This document shows, one piece after another, positions 51,959 through 64,000 of a DNA stretch of 64,000 nt. Within the stretch, counting starts at the first letter, position 1. Each line of letters begins with the position of its first letter. The notes under the pieces were generated by a model. The model searched no databases. It had not been told where the DNA came from and was given only the letters and a program-made list of their open reading frames with translations. Location of the stretch: NCBI GenBank assembly GCA_964106645.2, contig OZ067052.1. One strand, given 5' to 3'. This stretch comes from Podarcis pityusensis. Taxonomy: Eukaryota. Position numbers and translations under genes: made by a program.

Positions 51959-52095
51959 CAGGCATCCTCAAACTTGGCCCTCCAGCTGTTTTGGGACTAC
52001 AACTCCCATCATCCCTAGCTTAACAGGACCAGTGGTCAGGGATGATGGGAATTGTAGTCCAACAACAGCTGGAGGGCTGAGTTTGGGGATGCCTG
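51959..52095. mobile_element. Palindromic hAT MITE; high-copy family with degenerate copies near 15670, 42722, 43768, 47205, 54850, 55330, 55870 and 58895
   Basis: caggcatcc...ggatgcctg fold-back; 8-bp TSD aactagaa/atctacaa (6/8 match). Confidence 0.85.
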
Positions 52096-53412
52096 ATCTA
52101 CAATAAACCTAGACTGAAAGCAGCATGTTGACAACTCCGAATTGAGAAAAGGTACATTTTGGTGCTACAAACATTTGCATATACAGGTCTCTGTAATTTT
52201 TTGCTAGAATCTGTTACTAACTTCCTTCCTTCCTTGGACCATTCATTGGATAGCAGCAAAAGGAAAGTAAGATGGGGAGAGATTTTCTGAAGAGAGGCCT
52301 GCCCTTTACCTCAATTAAACCTTTTGAGGTTGCCAAGGCTTTTCCATTTAGCCCCACATCATTTGCAGTGGCGTGAGGCTCTTGTCCTGTCTCTGTAATT
52401 TCTCACCAGCGTTGCCACATCACTGCGTGTTGCATCCCTTCCAAGGCATTCCAGGAAGTGCGGCTCGTGGGAAGGAGCACGAGACTCTTCTCACAGGTCA
52501 CACGTCCTAGCAAGACCCAGTCAGGTGAGCGGCACCCACTTCTGAACACTTCAGAGAAATCCCTTCCCTCCCCCTTTGCAAAAGAACATGGGGCAGAGAA
52601 CCAGCCCCTATTTTTGCAGGATGAGAGCGTTTGGGGAAAATAAGGGAGGGATTGTTGACCCAGATTGTTGACTCCTAGGTCCGACACTTTGTCCCAATGA
52701 AATGCAGGTTTTGTGCTTGCAAGCAAACAGAAACAATGCCTAACAATGGCAAGTTGGGTGCAAGGAGTTTGTTTTGTATACGTGTGATCTTTTTGTGTGC
52801 TTTGGGGAATGCAGCGACTCAGCACGGTCAGAATCGTGGAATGTGACTGAACAGAAGCAGGGCAGGAGGGCGCTGAGACTTCCTATATTTTTCAATGAAA
52901 ACCAAACTCTCGTCATACAAAATTCCAGCTTCAATTACAAAAAGAGAGAACAGATTCATGTGCCTAATTAGGAAAGTTGTACGCTGCTGCCGCTCCCAAA
53001 GAGGCAAGCTGCTGTTCAGTTTAAAAGAGAGCTTGCCTCTTCGAAACTGGGAATGGCAGTGACATTTATGTACTTATAAATACACAACCGTTTCCATTCC
53101 AGAGAACCAAGTTTCTGAATGGATGAACTGAGCTGCACTATGTCAAAAGGCATGTAAAATCTGCACTCATTGGTGCCTTTGTCCACACATGTGAGTCACC
53201 AGTTCCTGCTGTGGTTGCCAGTCCTCCAGAGTAGATTTTCAGAGGCACAATGGGTTTTCCAAGAAAAGGGATAACCACACCAATTCTTCCCCGGGTGGGA
53301 GCTTCACACGAGCGGAACTCCACTTAGGGGATGCTCCCACAAGTAGAAGCCTAGTTTGGATGCAAGTCAACTTTGTTAATCCGGTGATGGTGGAGGTCTG
53401 CCATCGGTTTAC

Positions 53413-53537
53413 CTGCTGCTGTTTCCTCGGCTTCCGTGGAAGGCTCTCCAAGCTGCTCACTGGTCCCTCCTTCCATCCCTGCTGCTGTCTCAGCATCTTC
53501 TGGAGTGCTGATGTGCTCACGGGCTTCTCCGCCAGCC
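53413..53537 (-). CDS. VSIG10L2: VSIG10L2-like cytoplasmic exon (AGGEAREHISTPEDAETAAG...)
   Basis: cccctttag|G GCT..GCA G|gtaaac; phase 2-1; acidic low-complexity sequence. Confidence 0.78.
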
Positions 53538-53735
53538 CTAAAGGGGAGTGTACACAAGAGACATAGAAGGAAAAAGTGAAGACACAGCTAGAAACATCTC
53601 GAGTCTTTTGGCTCTCTCACATCCATACTATTCCTACAATCATGTGTTCACAATTTCGGTTCTTTAGACTTGGGTGGAGCTTGGGCTTTTCTTGAGTGTT
53701 TTACTCTGGCAAGTGTCCAATATAAAATCTCCTAA

Positions 53736-53768
<33 letters not shown>

Positions 53769-53771
<3 letters not shown>

Positions 53772-54165
53772 TTTCAAATTTATACATTTCACTGATTTTG
53801 CAATCATTTTGACATTTCAAAACTTGAATTCCTTCCCCCTATTTCTGCGGTTCCTCAAATTTATTTTTAATATCTTCTGCATATCCAAATTAACTTAATT
53901 TGTTCATTGATTCATCTTCTTTAAATATATACTCTTATGAAACTGCAAGTTATTGCAATAGTCCTGCCAATGTTCTTATCTGTTTACAATTTATCTGGAA
54001 ATACTCAATAAACCATTTCCATTCTTTTATAAAAAGTTTGTTATCCTGATTTCTTATTCTTCTGGTAAGTTTCACCATTTCTGCATATTCCGTAAGTTTT
54101 TGTATCCATTCTTCTTTCACTGGGACTTCTGCTTCTTTCCATTTGGGGGCAAGTAACATTCTTGT
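53769..54165 (-). mobile_element. L1-clade LINE 3' fragment
   Basis: ORF 53950-54189 TTRMLLAPKWKEAEVPVKEEWIQKLTEYAEM..EWKWFIEY. Confidence 0.82.
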
Positions 54166-54215
54166 CGTAAGGTCTCTGTCAACTGACATCTTCTGCCAAA
54201 TGCTAAGCCTGGCAC

Positions 54216-54605
54216 CATAGCTGCAAAATTGTTATTTGCCCAAAAATGGAAGGAAGAAGAGGTCACAACGAGAGAAGAATGGTTACAGAAACTAATGCAG
54301 AAAGGGCAAAACGTACCGGAAGAATAAGAAATCAAGATTCGAGACATTGGCAGGATTATTCTAAAAACCTGCAGCTTCAAAAAATATATATGATATATAT
54401 ATATATATATATATATATGAATAAATGAAGAAAATAAAAAGTTAAGATAATTTGGAGTACGCGGGAAAGGATGAAAATAAATGTAAAGAACCACAAAAAG
54501 AGGGGGAAGGGAGTTGAAGTTGGAAATGTTAAAATTATGGTTGAGTAATTGTTGTAATGTATACAAACAAAAATTATAAATAAAATCATATATATATATA
54601 AAAAT
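54216..54605 (+). mobile_element. L1-clade LINE 3' fragment (frameshifted)
   Basis: gcccaaaaatggaaggaagaagaggtc..gaagaatggttacagaaact; homologous to the 51030 and 53769 copies. Confidence 0.8.
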
Positions 54606-55523
54606 GCTAAATTTGACAGCCAGTACACAAAACAGCAACAAATATTAAAAATAAGCATCAAGGTCATATATGAAACATTGAAATCAAATGGCAGTAGATA
54701 TTCAGTATTGACAAAATATTTAAAGGCTATCTGGAAGTGTGTGTACACACTGACATATACACACACTGCAAAGCCATGAAATTCATGATTCCTCCCATCT
54801 TCTGAGCCATCTGGGTGGCAAGTCACAGTTTATATTCTGGGCAGTAAGATGGGGTGGGAGACCAGAGGTCCTCCAAATTTTGTTGAACTCTAATTCCCAT
54901 CAGCCTTGAACTTTGCTGCATGGAGCTGATGAGTGTTGCAGTCCAACAACATCTGGAGAATTTCAGGGTCCCCATACCTACAGCAAGGGCTCCTGAAGCA
55001 CCTGTAGCTTGCCATTGGCTTGCTGCAGGAAGAGATGCAAAAACCCTCACAGTCCCTTCCAATTCTATGACTTCTTATTCAAACTGGAACATTGACAGGG
55101 CCACAACAGACTTTGCTGTATCTGATTCCTGTCTTGTGATTCCTGGTTTATGATTCGTGCCTATCAATTCTTGCTCAACAGCTGCCTACAACCCAACTCT
55201 GACAAGCTCTGACATCAAAATTAGCAAAGGAAAATTCTGGGAAGCACATTTATTTTGGCATAAAGTGTTCCATGGGGTCTAGCTGTTTGAGCTATGAATG
55301 CAGACCACTTGCAGTCAAGAGGTTGCTCTCCATATGTTGTTCTCCACGCCCATCAGCTCCAGCCAGCATAGGCAATGATTAGGAATGATGGGAGTTATAG
55401 TCCAATATCTGTAAGGCTGAACCATATTCGCTATCCCTAACATAAGTCAACAAGAGCAAATGAGAGCAGGAATCGATGAGTGACAGAGGACATAAGAGGC
55501 AAAGAATAGAGGCTACCACTTAC

Positions 55524-55548
55524 ATTCTGAAGAGCAGGTCGTGTAACC
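55524..55548 (-). CDS. VSIG10L2: VSIG10L2-like 25-nt microexon (RLHDLLFRM)
   Basis: ctctttgctttattatgttacag|GG..AGA AT|gtaagt; bridges phase 1 to phase 2 exactly as the acidic frame of the next exon requires. Confidence 0.75.
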
Positions 55549-56517
55549 CTGTAACATAATAAAGCAAAGAGACCACATCTTTAGAACTATGTTGCAGGAA
55601 CATTGGCAAAATTAAACCCCGTCCTCAAAACCCAGGGAAAGGGAGCTTCAGAGATGAGGCTCACCCTCACAAGACATGTTTGTAGCATGGGTGGAGAACC
55701 TGTTGGAGAACAGGTGTTGCTGGGCTACAGTGCCATTGGCTGGCATCTGTCTCGAGAGCCAGTGGAGTGTGCCTCCGGGGGTGAAGTCCAATGGCTGCAT
55801 TAGCAGCAGTGAAGTGCCCTCCCCAGGGTACAAGCCTGAGCACTCAACCTGGCTACACTATTGGCTACACCGGTAGAGGCTGATGGGAGTCAGACTCCAG
55901 CAAGATCTGGAGGACCACCAGGTTTCTCCAGTGCAAGAAATAAATCTGTCCTGCAGCAACGAGCCACTTGCTTCGAGCAAAGCAGAACGGACTCATGACT
56001 TTGCATGGCTATAGGAAACATTTCACTTGATCTACTTTGGCATTATACCTTTGTTGTGTTCAGATGGGAAGAGAGCCCCCCTGGTCACTAACCTGGGGGC
56101 TGTAGGCGTCATGGTGGATCTCTCTCTCTCTCTCTCTGCCTCTCTTTCTTTCTCTGTCTCATCTATTCCACCCTGTTTCAGTTCAGTACACACCACAATG
56201 CATCACCATGTTATCTAGGCAAGGCCCCACTGATTGTACCCCTGGATGGCTGTGCTATTTTGACTTCTTTGTCTCTCTGCTTCGCTCCACATCAGACTTC
56301 AGCTGCACTTGCTGAGCAAGAGGAGGAACTTAGGAAACTGCCTTGCGCCGAGTCAGACCATCTATCTCTCGTCTTGTCAACACTGACCAGCAGCAGCTTC
56401 CAACAATTTCAGTGCAGCTTACAGAGTCAAAACACAATTGTGGCACAAAACAGATAAAATGTAAGTGCATCATAAAGAAATGGGGGTGAGGGGGGAGGCT
56501 GAGCATATGCCCTCCTA

Positions 56518-57126
<609 letters not shown>

Positions 57127-57584
57127 TCAGCATCACACATCACAGGGGCTTCCGGCATACCAGTCTGTGGAAACGAGGTTCTAAATATTGCCTCTGCTGA
57201 GCATCTTTCGAATTTCGGCTTTCACATAGGGCCCCTGCAAACTGGTGTTTCCTTTGGCGGGTGCATTCTGCTAAATATGTGACTAATGCATTGCTGCTGG
57301 ATTTATACAGGAGCATCCACTCATCATTCCATTTCATTGGTCGATCTATTATGTTCCCCTAATATTACCGCGTTGTTGCTGTCTGGGGAGGCACTCTTGC
57401 GCTATAGCACAGCAAAAGCAGGGGGTGGAATGGGGCAGAATGGAGCATTTGTGGTATGAACAGTTACCAGATTTCAGCAGAAGTCCCTGGAACTGTGTGG
57501 ACTGGAAATGAAGCAATATTGCCTACGCTGAAATTTTGCAGGCACAAACAGTATCGAAAGCTGGGTGACTAACAACCACCTGAT

Positions 57585-57674
57585 CATAGCTGTCAACTTT
57601 TCCCTTTTCTTGCGAGGAATCCTATTCTGAATAAGGGAATTTCCCTTTAAAAAAGGGAAACGTTGACAGCTATG
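57585..57674. mobile_element. 90-bp palindromic MITE (hAT-like)
   Basis: catagctgtcaac..ttccctttt / aaaagggaa..gttgacagctatg; TSD cacctgat/accctgat. Confidence 0.8.
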
Positions 57675-59211
57675 ACCCTGATACCATCAGGAGCACCTCT
57701 GCCTCACTCCGATTCACCCATTACTCTCCTGACGCTGATTTTAAGCTTTTTTGTGGGGGGGAGTCATAAAAGCCAATCACAGATTGTCCACATTAACATG
57801 CCAGTTGGTCCTTGGCAGCACTGTGCTATTGGAGAATTCTTTCTCTGCTAAAGGAAGCCCTCAGTGAGGCTTTACACAAACTCTCCTCAGGCTCCTCCCA
57901 GGGAGCCTGCTCATTCCAGGCTGCCGCATCTGTTTCCAATCTCCTCCATTTTCCCAAGAAAATAGTTTGCTTGTTTTTCTTGAGTGTTTCGTTTTGGTTT
58001 TGCACCTTCCTTAAAGCTGTCCCCGACCTGCACACAGACTTGTTGCAACAGCTGCTGCCCATATGGAGGGGAGAGGCAGCCGTTTTCGCCTGGCACCAGC
58101 TGAGTTAAGCCAAGATGTGCAGGGAATATTGGGCAGAAGGCAGAACAACTGGACTGCAGGTGGAACTTGGCTCCCAGGTCAACAAGGAACCCAAAAGAGA
58201 AGCCCCTTTACAGAGCCTGTAAACATTGCTGTGTGCATCATAAACTATATAAGTTCCACAAATAGTTTCTGGGGCACCACAGTCCTAGAGATAAGTGCAG
58301 TTTCTTCAGTTCTCCAGGAGTTATGGTGGCCGGCTGTATACTGTCTCCAGTACAGACCCTCCAAGTATCCCTTTTCCCCCATCTGCCATAACAAATGTGA
58401 GCAAATGAGCTAAGGTGATTTTACAATAAACAGCTGATCATGTCAAAATCTGCAATGGGACCATGAGAAGCTGTTCTCTAGTTGCACCTTTAGGACCTGG
58501 AATGGTTGTGAACAAGGATCCTCCCCCACAAAGGGAACAGGGAATCCTATAAACTGTTGTTCCGTAAGGGAGATCCAAAGGCTTCTAGCTAAGAAACTCA
58601 GAGCACCTGATCAAACTACAGTACCCCATAAGAACGCTGAGAAGCCACTGGCAGTTAACAAACTGGTGTGAGACTGACATAATTTTGCAGTGTGTGTGTC
58701 TGCCGTATGGTACAGCAAACTGTATCTTCCCTCTATGGCATCACGCAATCACAAGCCCTATTATGCAATATGGGATGTGCAAGAAATACATATAATGGGT
58801 GGGGAAAATGGGCTCTGCCACCAGGCTCTTTTTGATCAGCTGAACATCTAGAATGACACCTTTGCACATGTATCTGAGCTTTCAGTGCTCGGATCAGGCT
58901 TTCCCAACCTGGTGCCCGTCAGATGTTATTTGACTACAGTCCTGATCGTTCCTGGCCATTGACCATAATGGTTGGGACTGACGGGAGTCCCAACACTTGG
59001 AGGGCAACAAGTGTTGGAGAAGAGTGACACACAATCTCTCTGTGCGACAGAGAATTCTGCAAAAGGTTCCCAGTGACAAGTCACATCCGCCCCATACATT
59101 TAAAGCATGTGAATTCTCCCAAAAAATCCTGGGAACTGCAATTTGTTATGGGTGCTCGGAAGTGTAGCTTTGTGGGCGGTAAACTACAGTCCCCATGACT
59201 CTTTAAAGGAA

Positions 59212-59480
59212 GTAAAAGGTAAAGGGACCATTAGGTCCAGTTGTGGCCGACTCTGGGGTTGCGATGCTCATCTCGCTTTATTTGCCGAGGGAGCTGGCGT
59301 ACAGCTTCCGGGTCATGTGGCCAGCAGGACTAAGCTGCTTCTGGCGAACCAGAGCAGCACACGGAAATGCTGTTTACCTTCCCGCCGGAGTGGTACCTAT
59401 TTATCTACTTGCACTTTGACGTGCTTTCAAACTGCTAGGTTGGCAGGAGCAGGGACCGAGCAACGGGAGCTCACCCCATC
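59212..59480 (-). mobile_element. Sauria SINE, 5'-truncated, inserted in a MITE (59096-59497)
   Basis: aaaggtaaagggacc tail; body matches the other copies; host TIRs acatttaaagca / tgctttaaatgt. Confidence 0.88.
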
Positions 59481-60918
59481 ATAATGTGCTTTAAATGTGC
59501 ACTCACTGTATATGTTATAGACATTACAGAGCCTGTTAATCCAGAATGTTTGGCTGAATTCAGAGAGGCTGAGGGCTGATCCACTGGATGCAGTCTTGAT
59601 CTTCCATCTCTGATCAAATAACCTGGTCCTTTCCTCCTTTGTCAAGAGATCTCATTTTTCGTATGTTTGGGAGATCTTGCAGTGAAAGCCCAGCTCTGTC
59701 AAACCCACTCAAACGACAGGCAGGGGTTTATATCGAAGGGACCCCAAGCTAGCAAGCGAAGAAGCAATTCCTTTCCAATGAGCCTGGTGGGCATGTCTTA
59801 GATAGGAGGGCGGAGAACACTTCCCAGAAGAAGAAGACGAAGGAAAATAATCCATGGCAGGAAGGATTAACCAAACCATGCAATTAAGGAGAGATGATGG
59901 GGCACAGGAATGACAACTCCATCCAAAAAGAAAAAGAAAACCACCCCCAAAAAAACACAACTCACCCATCAGATATAATTTGCCCCGCCTGATCCCTGTA
60001 GCATGCAGCAGCCTGTACCACTTGGTTTTGCAAATCTAAATCCAGCCTCATGCAGTGCAGCAAGACAAGAAAAGCAGAGGAAGCTGAGCCGCTCCCCGAT
60101 GCAAAAGAAGATCAGCAACAGCAGCACAATTGAACACACACAGAGAGGGAGCAAAAGCAAAGGCACTGGGAGAAGCAATGGCAAGAAGCAGGTTCTTTCT
60201 GGTCACTGCAATCACATTCCAGACTCAAGAAGCACTTCCCCCTCTATCCTGTTTCTCATCTAACCTGGCTTTGGCTCCCAGCTAACCCAGGATTGTGTCT
60301 GCTATGACTGGCAACAACTCTTCAGGGTGTCTCAGGTAGGTCCTCCTTATCATCTGTTACTACCTGATCCTACCACCTGGGACATTCTGCATGCAAAGCA
60401 CCTGCTCTGTCCCAGAGCTATGGGGTCTTAACTCACAGGGCAGCCTATGCAACACATCTACTCTCCCCACAATGAGATTACCCCACAGCCATCCTCCCCC
60501 TGTGGCTGTTCTGCTCCATCATGTTGCATTTGTGATTTAACCCACCACCTCCACCAGACAGACACAGAGAATGAACTGCCACAGGGTTTCATGTAAACAC
60601 TTATCTTCCAAGCGAAGTGGATTCAGATTTTGCAGCCCTCAAATGGCACACGTACCACCTCCAGCTTTGAAATGCTCCCCACAGTTTGAGAAGAGGGCAT
60701 TTGCTTCACTCCCCACAAACCACTCGAAAAAAGAATCCACTTTTAATGTTTGTTCGATTTTTTTGTGCTCTCTCCCAACACACACTCCCTATTTACATCC
60801 TGAAATCTGCTCTGTTAGGGATGAAGAAATGGCTCATGACTGACACAAGGATCAGCCAATTCACACTGTTACACAGCCAAGCTCTGAAAAGATGGAGGGA
60901 AGTTCCTTCAGTCTAGAG

Positions 60919-61285
60919 CAGGGGTGGGGAACCTGTGGCTTTCCAGATGTTGTCTGACTCTAAAAGAGGATGGAAGAAAAATTCATGGAGGAGAGAGCTA
61001 TCAAAGGCTACTAGCCATAATGACTGTACTCTGGCTGGCTCCATAGTTGAAGGCAGTAATGCTTCTGAAAACCAGTTGCTGAAGACCACAGGAAGGAAGA
61101 GTGCTCTTGTGCTTAAATCCTACTTGCAGGTTTTCCACGAGCATCTGTGCTACTATGAGACCAGAATGCTGTACTTGATGGGCCACTGGCTTGATTCAGC
61201 AGGATCCTCTTGTGTTCTTATTATGTCTGACCATTGCCCATGCTACTCCAGCAACCTCTGGAGGGTCTCCATTTCCCCACCCCTG
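60919..61285. mobile_element. hAT (Charlie/Buster-like) MITE containing a CR1 3' fragment (~60961-61225)
   Basis: TIRs caggggtggggaa / ttccccacccctg; perfect TSD gtctagag at 60911-60918 and 61286-61293. Confidence 0.85.
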
Positions 61286-61881
61286 GTCTAGAGAAATATA
61301 TATTTTCTGCAGAGTCCCTTTAACCAACTTTTAGAACTTTGCACCAAATGGATTGGCATTTGGGTTTTTAAAGGCATGGATGGAAAGCCTCTTCCTTCTG
61401 CCTAATCTGTTCATATCAGTGTGAGAAGTAATCGCAACTACATCACTTGGAGATCAATGGTGACTGCGCAGTCTACGAATTGTCAATACAAAATATTAAA
61501 CTAAATTCTGAATCACTCAGAAGACTATATGGATATAGCAGACTGTGCAAATCAAAGTCTGAATATAAAGCATCTGGGTCTTCCCAGATAAGAGCTGAAA
61601 CCCAACAGCCTTCGAATCTAATTAACAGATGTGTTTATTTATTGCATCAGTCCCATTAAAACAAACAAACAAACCACCAACCGATCATATTATTTCTTAC
61701 ATATCTGAAAAGAATTGATTGCTTCTTGGGAGAAAGGGCTAAGTTTGCCCCCCCCCCCCAATCCAGATGCCGAGCTCTTCCCCCGGCTCACATGAATCTA
61801 CCATGTGGCCCTTAGGAAGGGGGTCACCACAGCTCCCAAGTTGACTTCTGCCACAACCTGCAGAGGAATGCTGTCACCCTA

Positions 61882-62223
<342 letters not shown>

Positions 62224-62344
62224 TCAGTTAGTCAGTCAGTCTTGGCAAACCTCATACCTGCCATTGCTTGGGAATTCCAAGAAATCAAAAATTCAGTGCA
62301 CTTTGGAAAGGTTCAGTTCCCGTATTGATTCAAAATGGTATTCA

Positions 62345-62775
62345 CCGTATTTTTTGCCCCATAAGATGCACTTTTTTCTTCTTAAGATGTAAGGGGAAAT
62401 GTCTGTGCATCTTATGGAGCAAATGCATGGTCCCTGGAGCCGAATTACCCAGGGGCGAAAAGCAGATCATGCTTTTTTTTTTTTTTAAAGAGGGAAGGGG
62501 GTGTTGAAAGGAAGCAGCTGATCAGGGAGAGAGATAAGGGACACTAGAGATAAAGGAGGCTGCCTGGGAGGGGGGAGGTAAAAGCACATGGATCCTCAGG
62601 ATTTTTGCATTGGGTCACCCCAAATTCACCATCAGATCATATGTCTGTGGCCACAGCATGAACCACAAAAATGATACATCCACTCTTTCATTCAGAATAT
62701 TTTTTTCTGGTTTTCCTCCTCTAAAAACTAGGTGCGTCTTATGGTCACATGCGTCTTATCGAGCGAAAAATACGG
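62345..62775. mobile_element. Tc2/pogo-like MITE
   Basis: TIRs ccgtattttt..ataagatgca / gcgtcttat..aaaaatacgg followed by TA. Confidence 0.85.
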
Positions 62776-62813
62776 TAGCTGTACCCCAACACAGATGAAA
62801 ACCTCCTCCTTGA

Positions 62814-63196
62814 GAGCACAACATTCGGCAAAGATAAAAAGAAATAATATGGATAAATAATTACTACACGCAGTAAAAAGGATACAGATCTTCACTTGTA
62901 GATTAATAGATTATTGAATGTGTTAACACGAATAGAAGTTCTAAATATTGCAGTTGCTGAATACGGATTATTATTTTGATTGGCATGTAACTGGATTAAA
63001 TTAGATTTTGGAAGCAGAATTAAAAGAAATTATCAAATCTGTAATTCTAGCATGTGGGGAACCACCAAAATTATACAGGTGGAAAGTTGATTAATTGATA
63101 TTTGATTTGGTATTGTGATTTGAAATGGATATAATGAGGCTTATTTTGGATTCTTGTAATTAAAAACTTATTAAAAAATTATTTTAAGAAAAGAAA
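62814..63196 (+). mobile_element. AT-rich L1-like 3' fragment
   Basis: A-rich tail; 17-bp TSD gaaaacct(c/g)ctccttga at 62797-62813 and 63197-63213. Confidence 0.65.
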
Positions 63197-63393
63197 GAAA
63201 ACCTGCTCCTTGATCATGGAAAATTTGGTTACTATATCTTAAGAGGTGTCCAAATGTATGCAGTTTGGAATGTTTCAGTCCGCCATCTTGATTCAAAATA
63301 GTGTCCAGCTGTATCTAAACAGAAACAAAAACCTGCTCCTTGATCTCAAAAACTATAATGCAAAATTTGCTTACCAGGTACATAAAAGGTAAA

Positions 63394-63646
63394 GAAGAAG
63401 AAGAAGAAGAAGAAGAGTTTGGATTTGATATCCCGCCTTTCACTCCCCTTCAGGAGTCTCAAAGCGGCTAACATTCTCCTTTCCCTTCCTCCCCCACAAC
63501 AAACACTCTGTGAGGTAAGTGGGGCTGAGAGACTTCAAAGAAGTGTGACTGGCCCAAGGTCACCCAGCAGCTGCATGTGGAGGAGCAGAGACATGAACCC
63601 GGTTCCCCAGATTACAAGACTACCGCTCTTAACCACTACACCACAC
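63394..63646 (-). mobile_element. Squam3-like SINE nested in a Sauria SINE tail
   Basis: (TTC)n tail; tRNA head; direct repeat aggtaaa at 63387-63393 and 63647-63653. Confidence 0.85.
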
Positions 63647-64000
63647 AGGTAAAAGACCCCTGACAGTTAAGTCCAGTCGTGAACAACTCTGGGGTTGCGG
63701 TGCTCATCTCGCTTTACTGGCCAAAGGAGCTGACGTTTGTTGACAGACAGTTTTCTGGGTCATGTGGCCAGCATGACTAAGCCGCTTCTGGTGAAACCAG
63801 AGTAGCTCATGGAAACGCCGTTTGCCTTCCCGCCAGAGCAGTACCTATTTGTCTACTTGCACTTTGACGTGCTTTCGAACTGCTAGGTTGGCAGGAGCTG
63901 GGACTGAGCAACGGGAGCTCACCCCGTCGCGGGGATTTGAACCGCCGACCTTCCGATCAGCAAGCCCTAGGCTCAGTGGTTTAGACCACAGCGCCACCCA
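63647..64000 (-). mobile_element. Sauria SINE (5' end at the window edge)
   Basis: Reverse complement of the 5485 and 27001 copies. Confidence 0.92.

Noticed and set aside
52308-52825. 140-aa minus-strand ORF and possible extra VSIG10L2 exon(s)
   Set aside because: No recognisable domain and weak splice signals; the flanking exons already join in phase without it.

Overview
This is vertebrate genomic DNA, almost certainly from a squamate and most likely a lacertid lizard, judged from the Sauria SINE and related repeat families. The + strand carries the complete coding region of CDON, the Ig/FN3 Hedgehog co-receptor. It has 19 coding exons from ATG 8316 to TAA 39120, all with GT-AG introns and consistent phases, giving 3783 nt or 1260 aa (signal peptide, 5 Ig, 3 FN3, TM, cytoplasmic tail). 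A probable ~4 kb 3'UTR follows; the promoter and non-coding exon 1 are not visible. Tail-to-tail on the - strand are the last five coding exons of an FN3-TM protein that I assign to VSIG10L2 by architecture and synteny: FN3 exon, TM exon, a 25-nt microexon and two tail exons, with the stop at 50283. The rest is intronic or intergenic DNA dense in SINEs, L1/L2/CR1/Penelope fragments, hAT and Tc1/pogo MITEs, and one solo LTR. Main observations: (1) the frame-shifting 25-nt microexon, whose skipping would swap an acidic cytoplasmic tail for a basic one without triggering NMD; (2) a solo LTR flanked exactly by a ~150-bp direct duplication; (3) an apparently relocated caspase site and a CxxCxxC cluster in the CDON tail; (4) several nested TE stacks with intact target-site duplications (TSDs). 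No prokaryotic-type system is present. Comparisons to human proteins are from memory and need verification.
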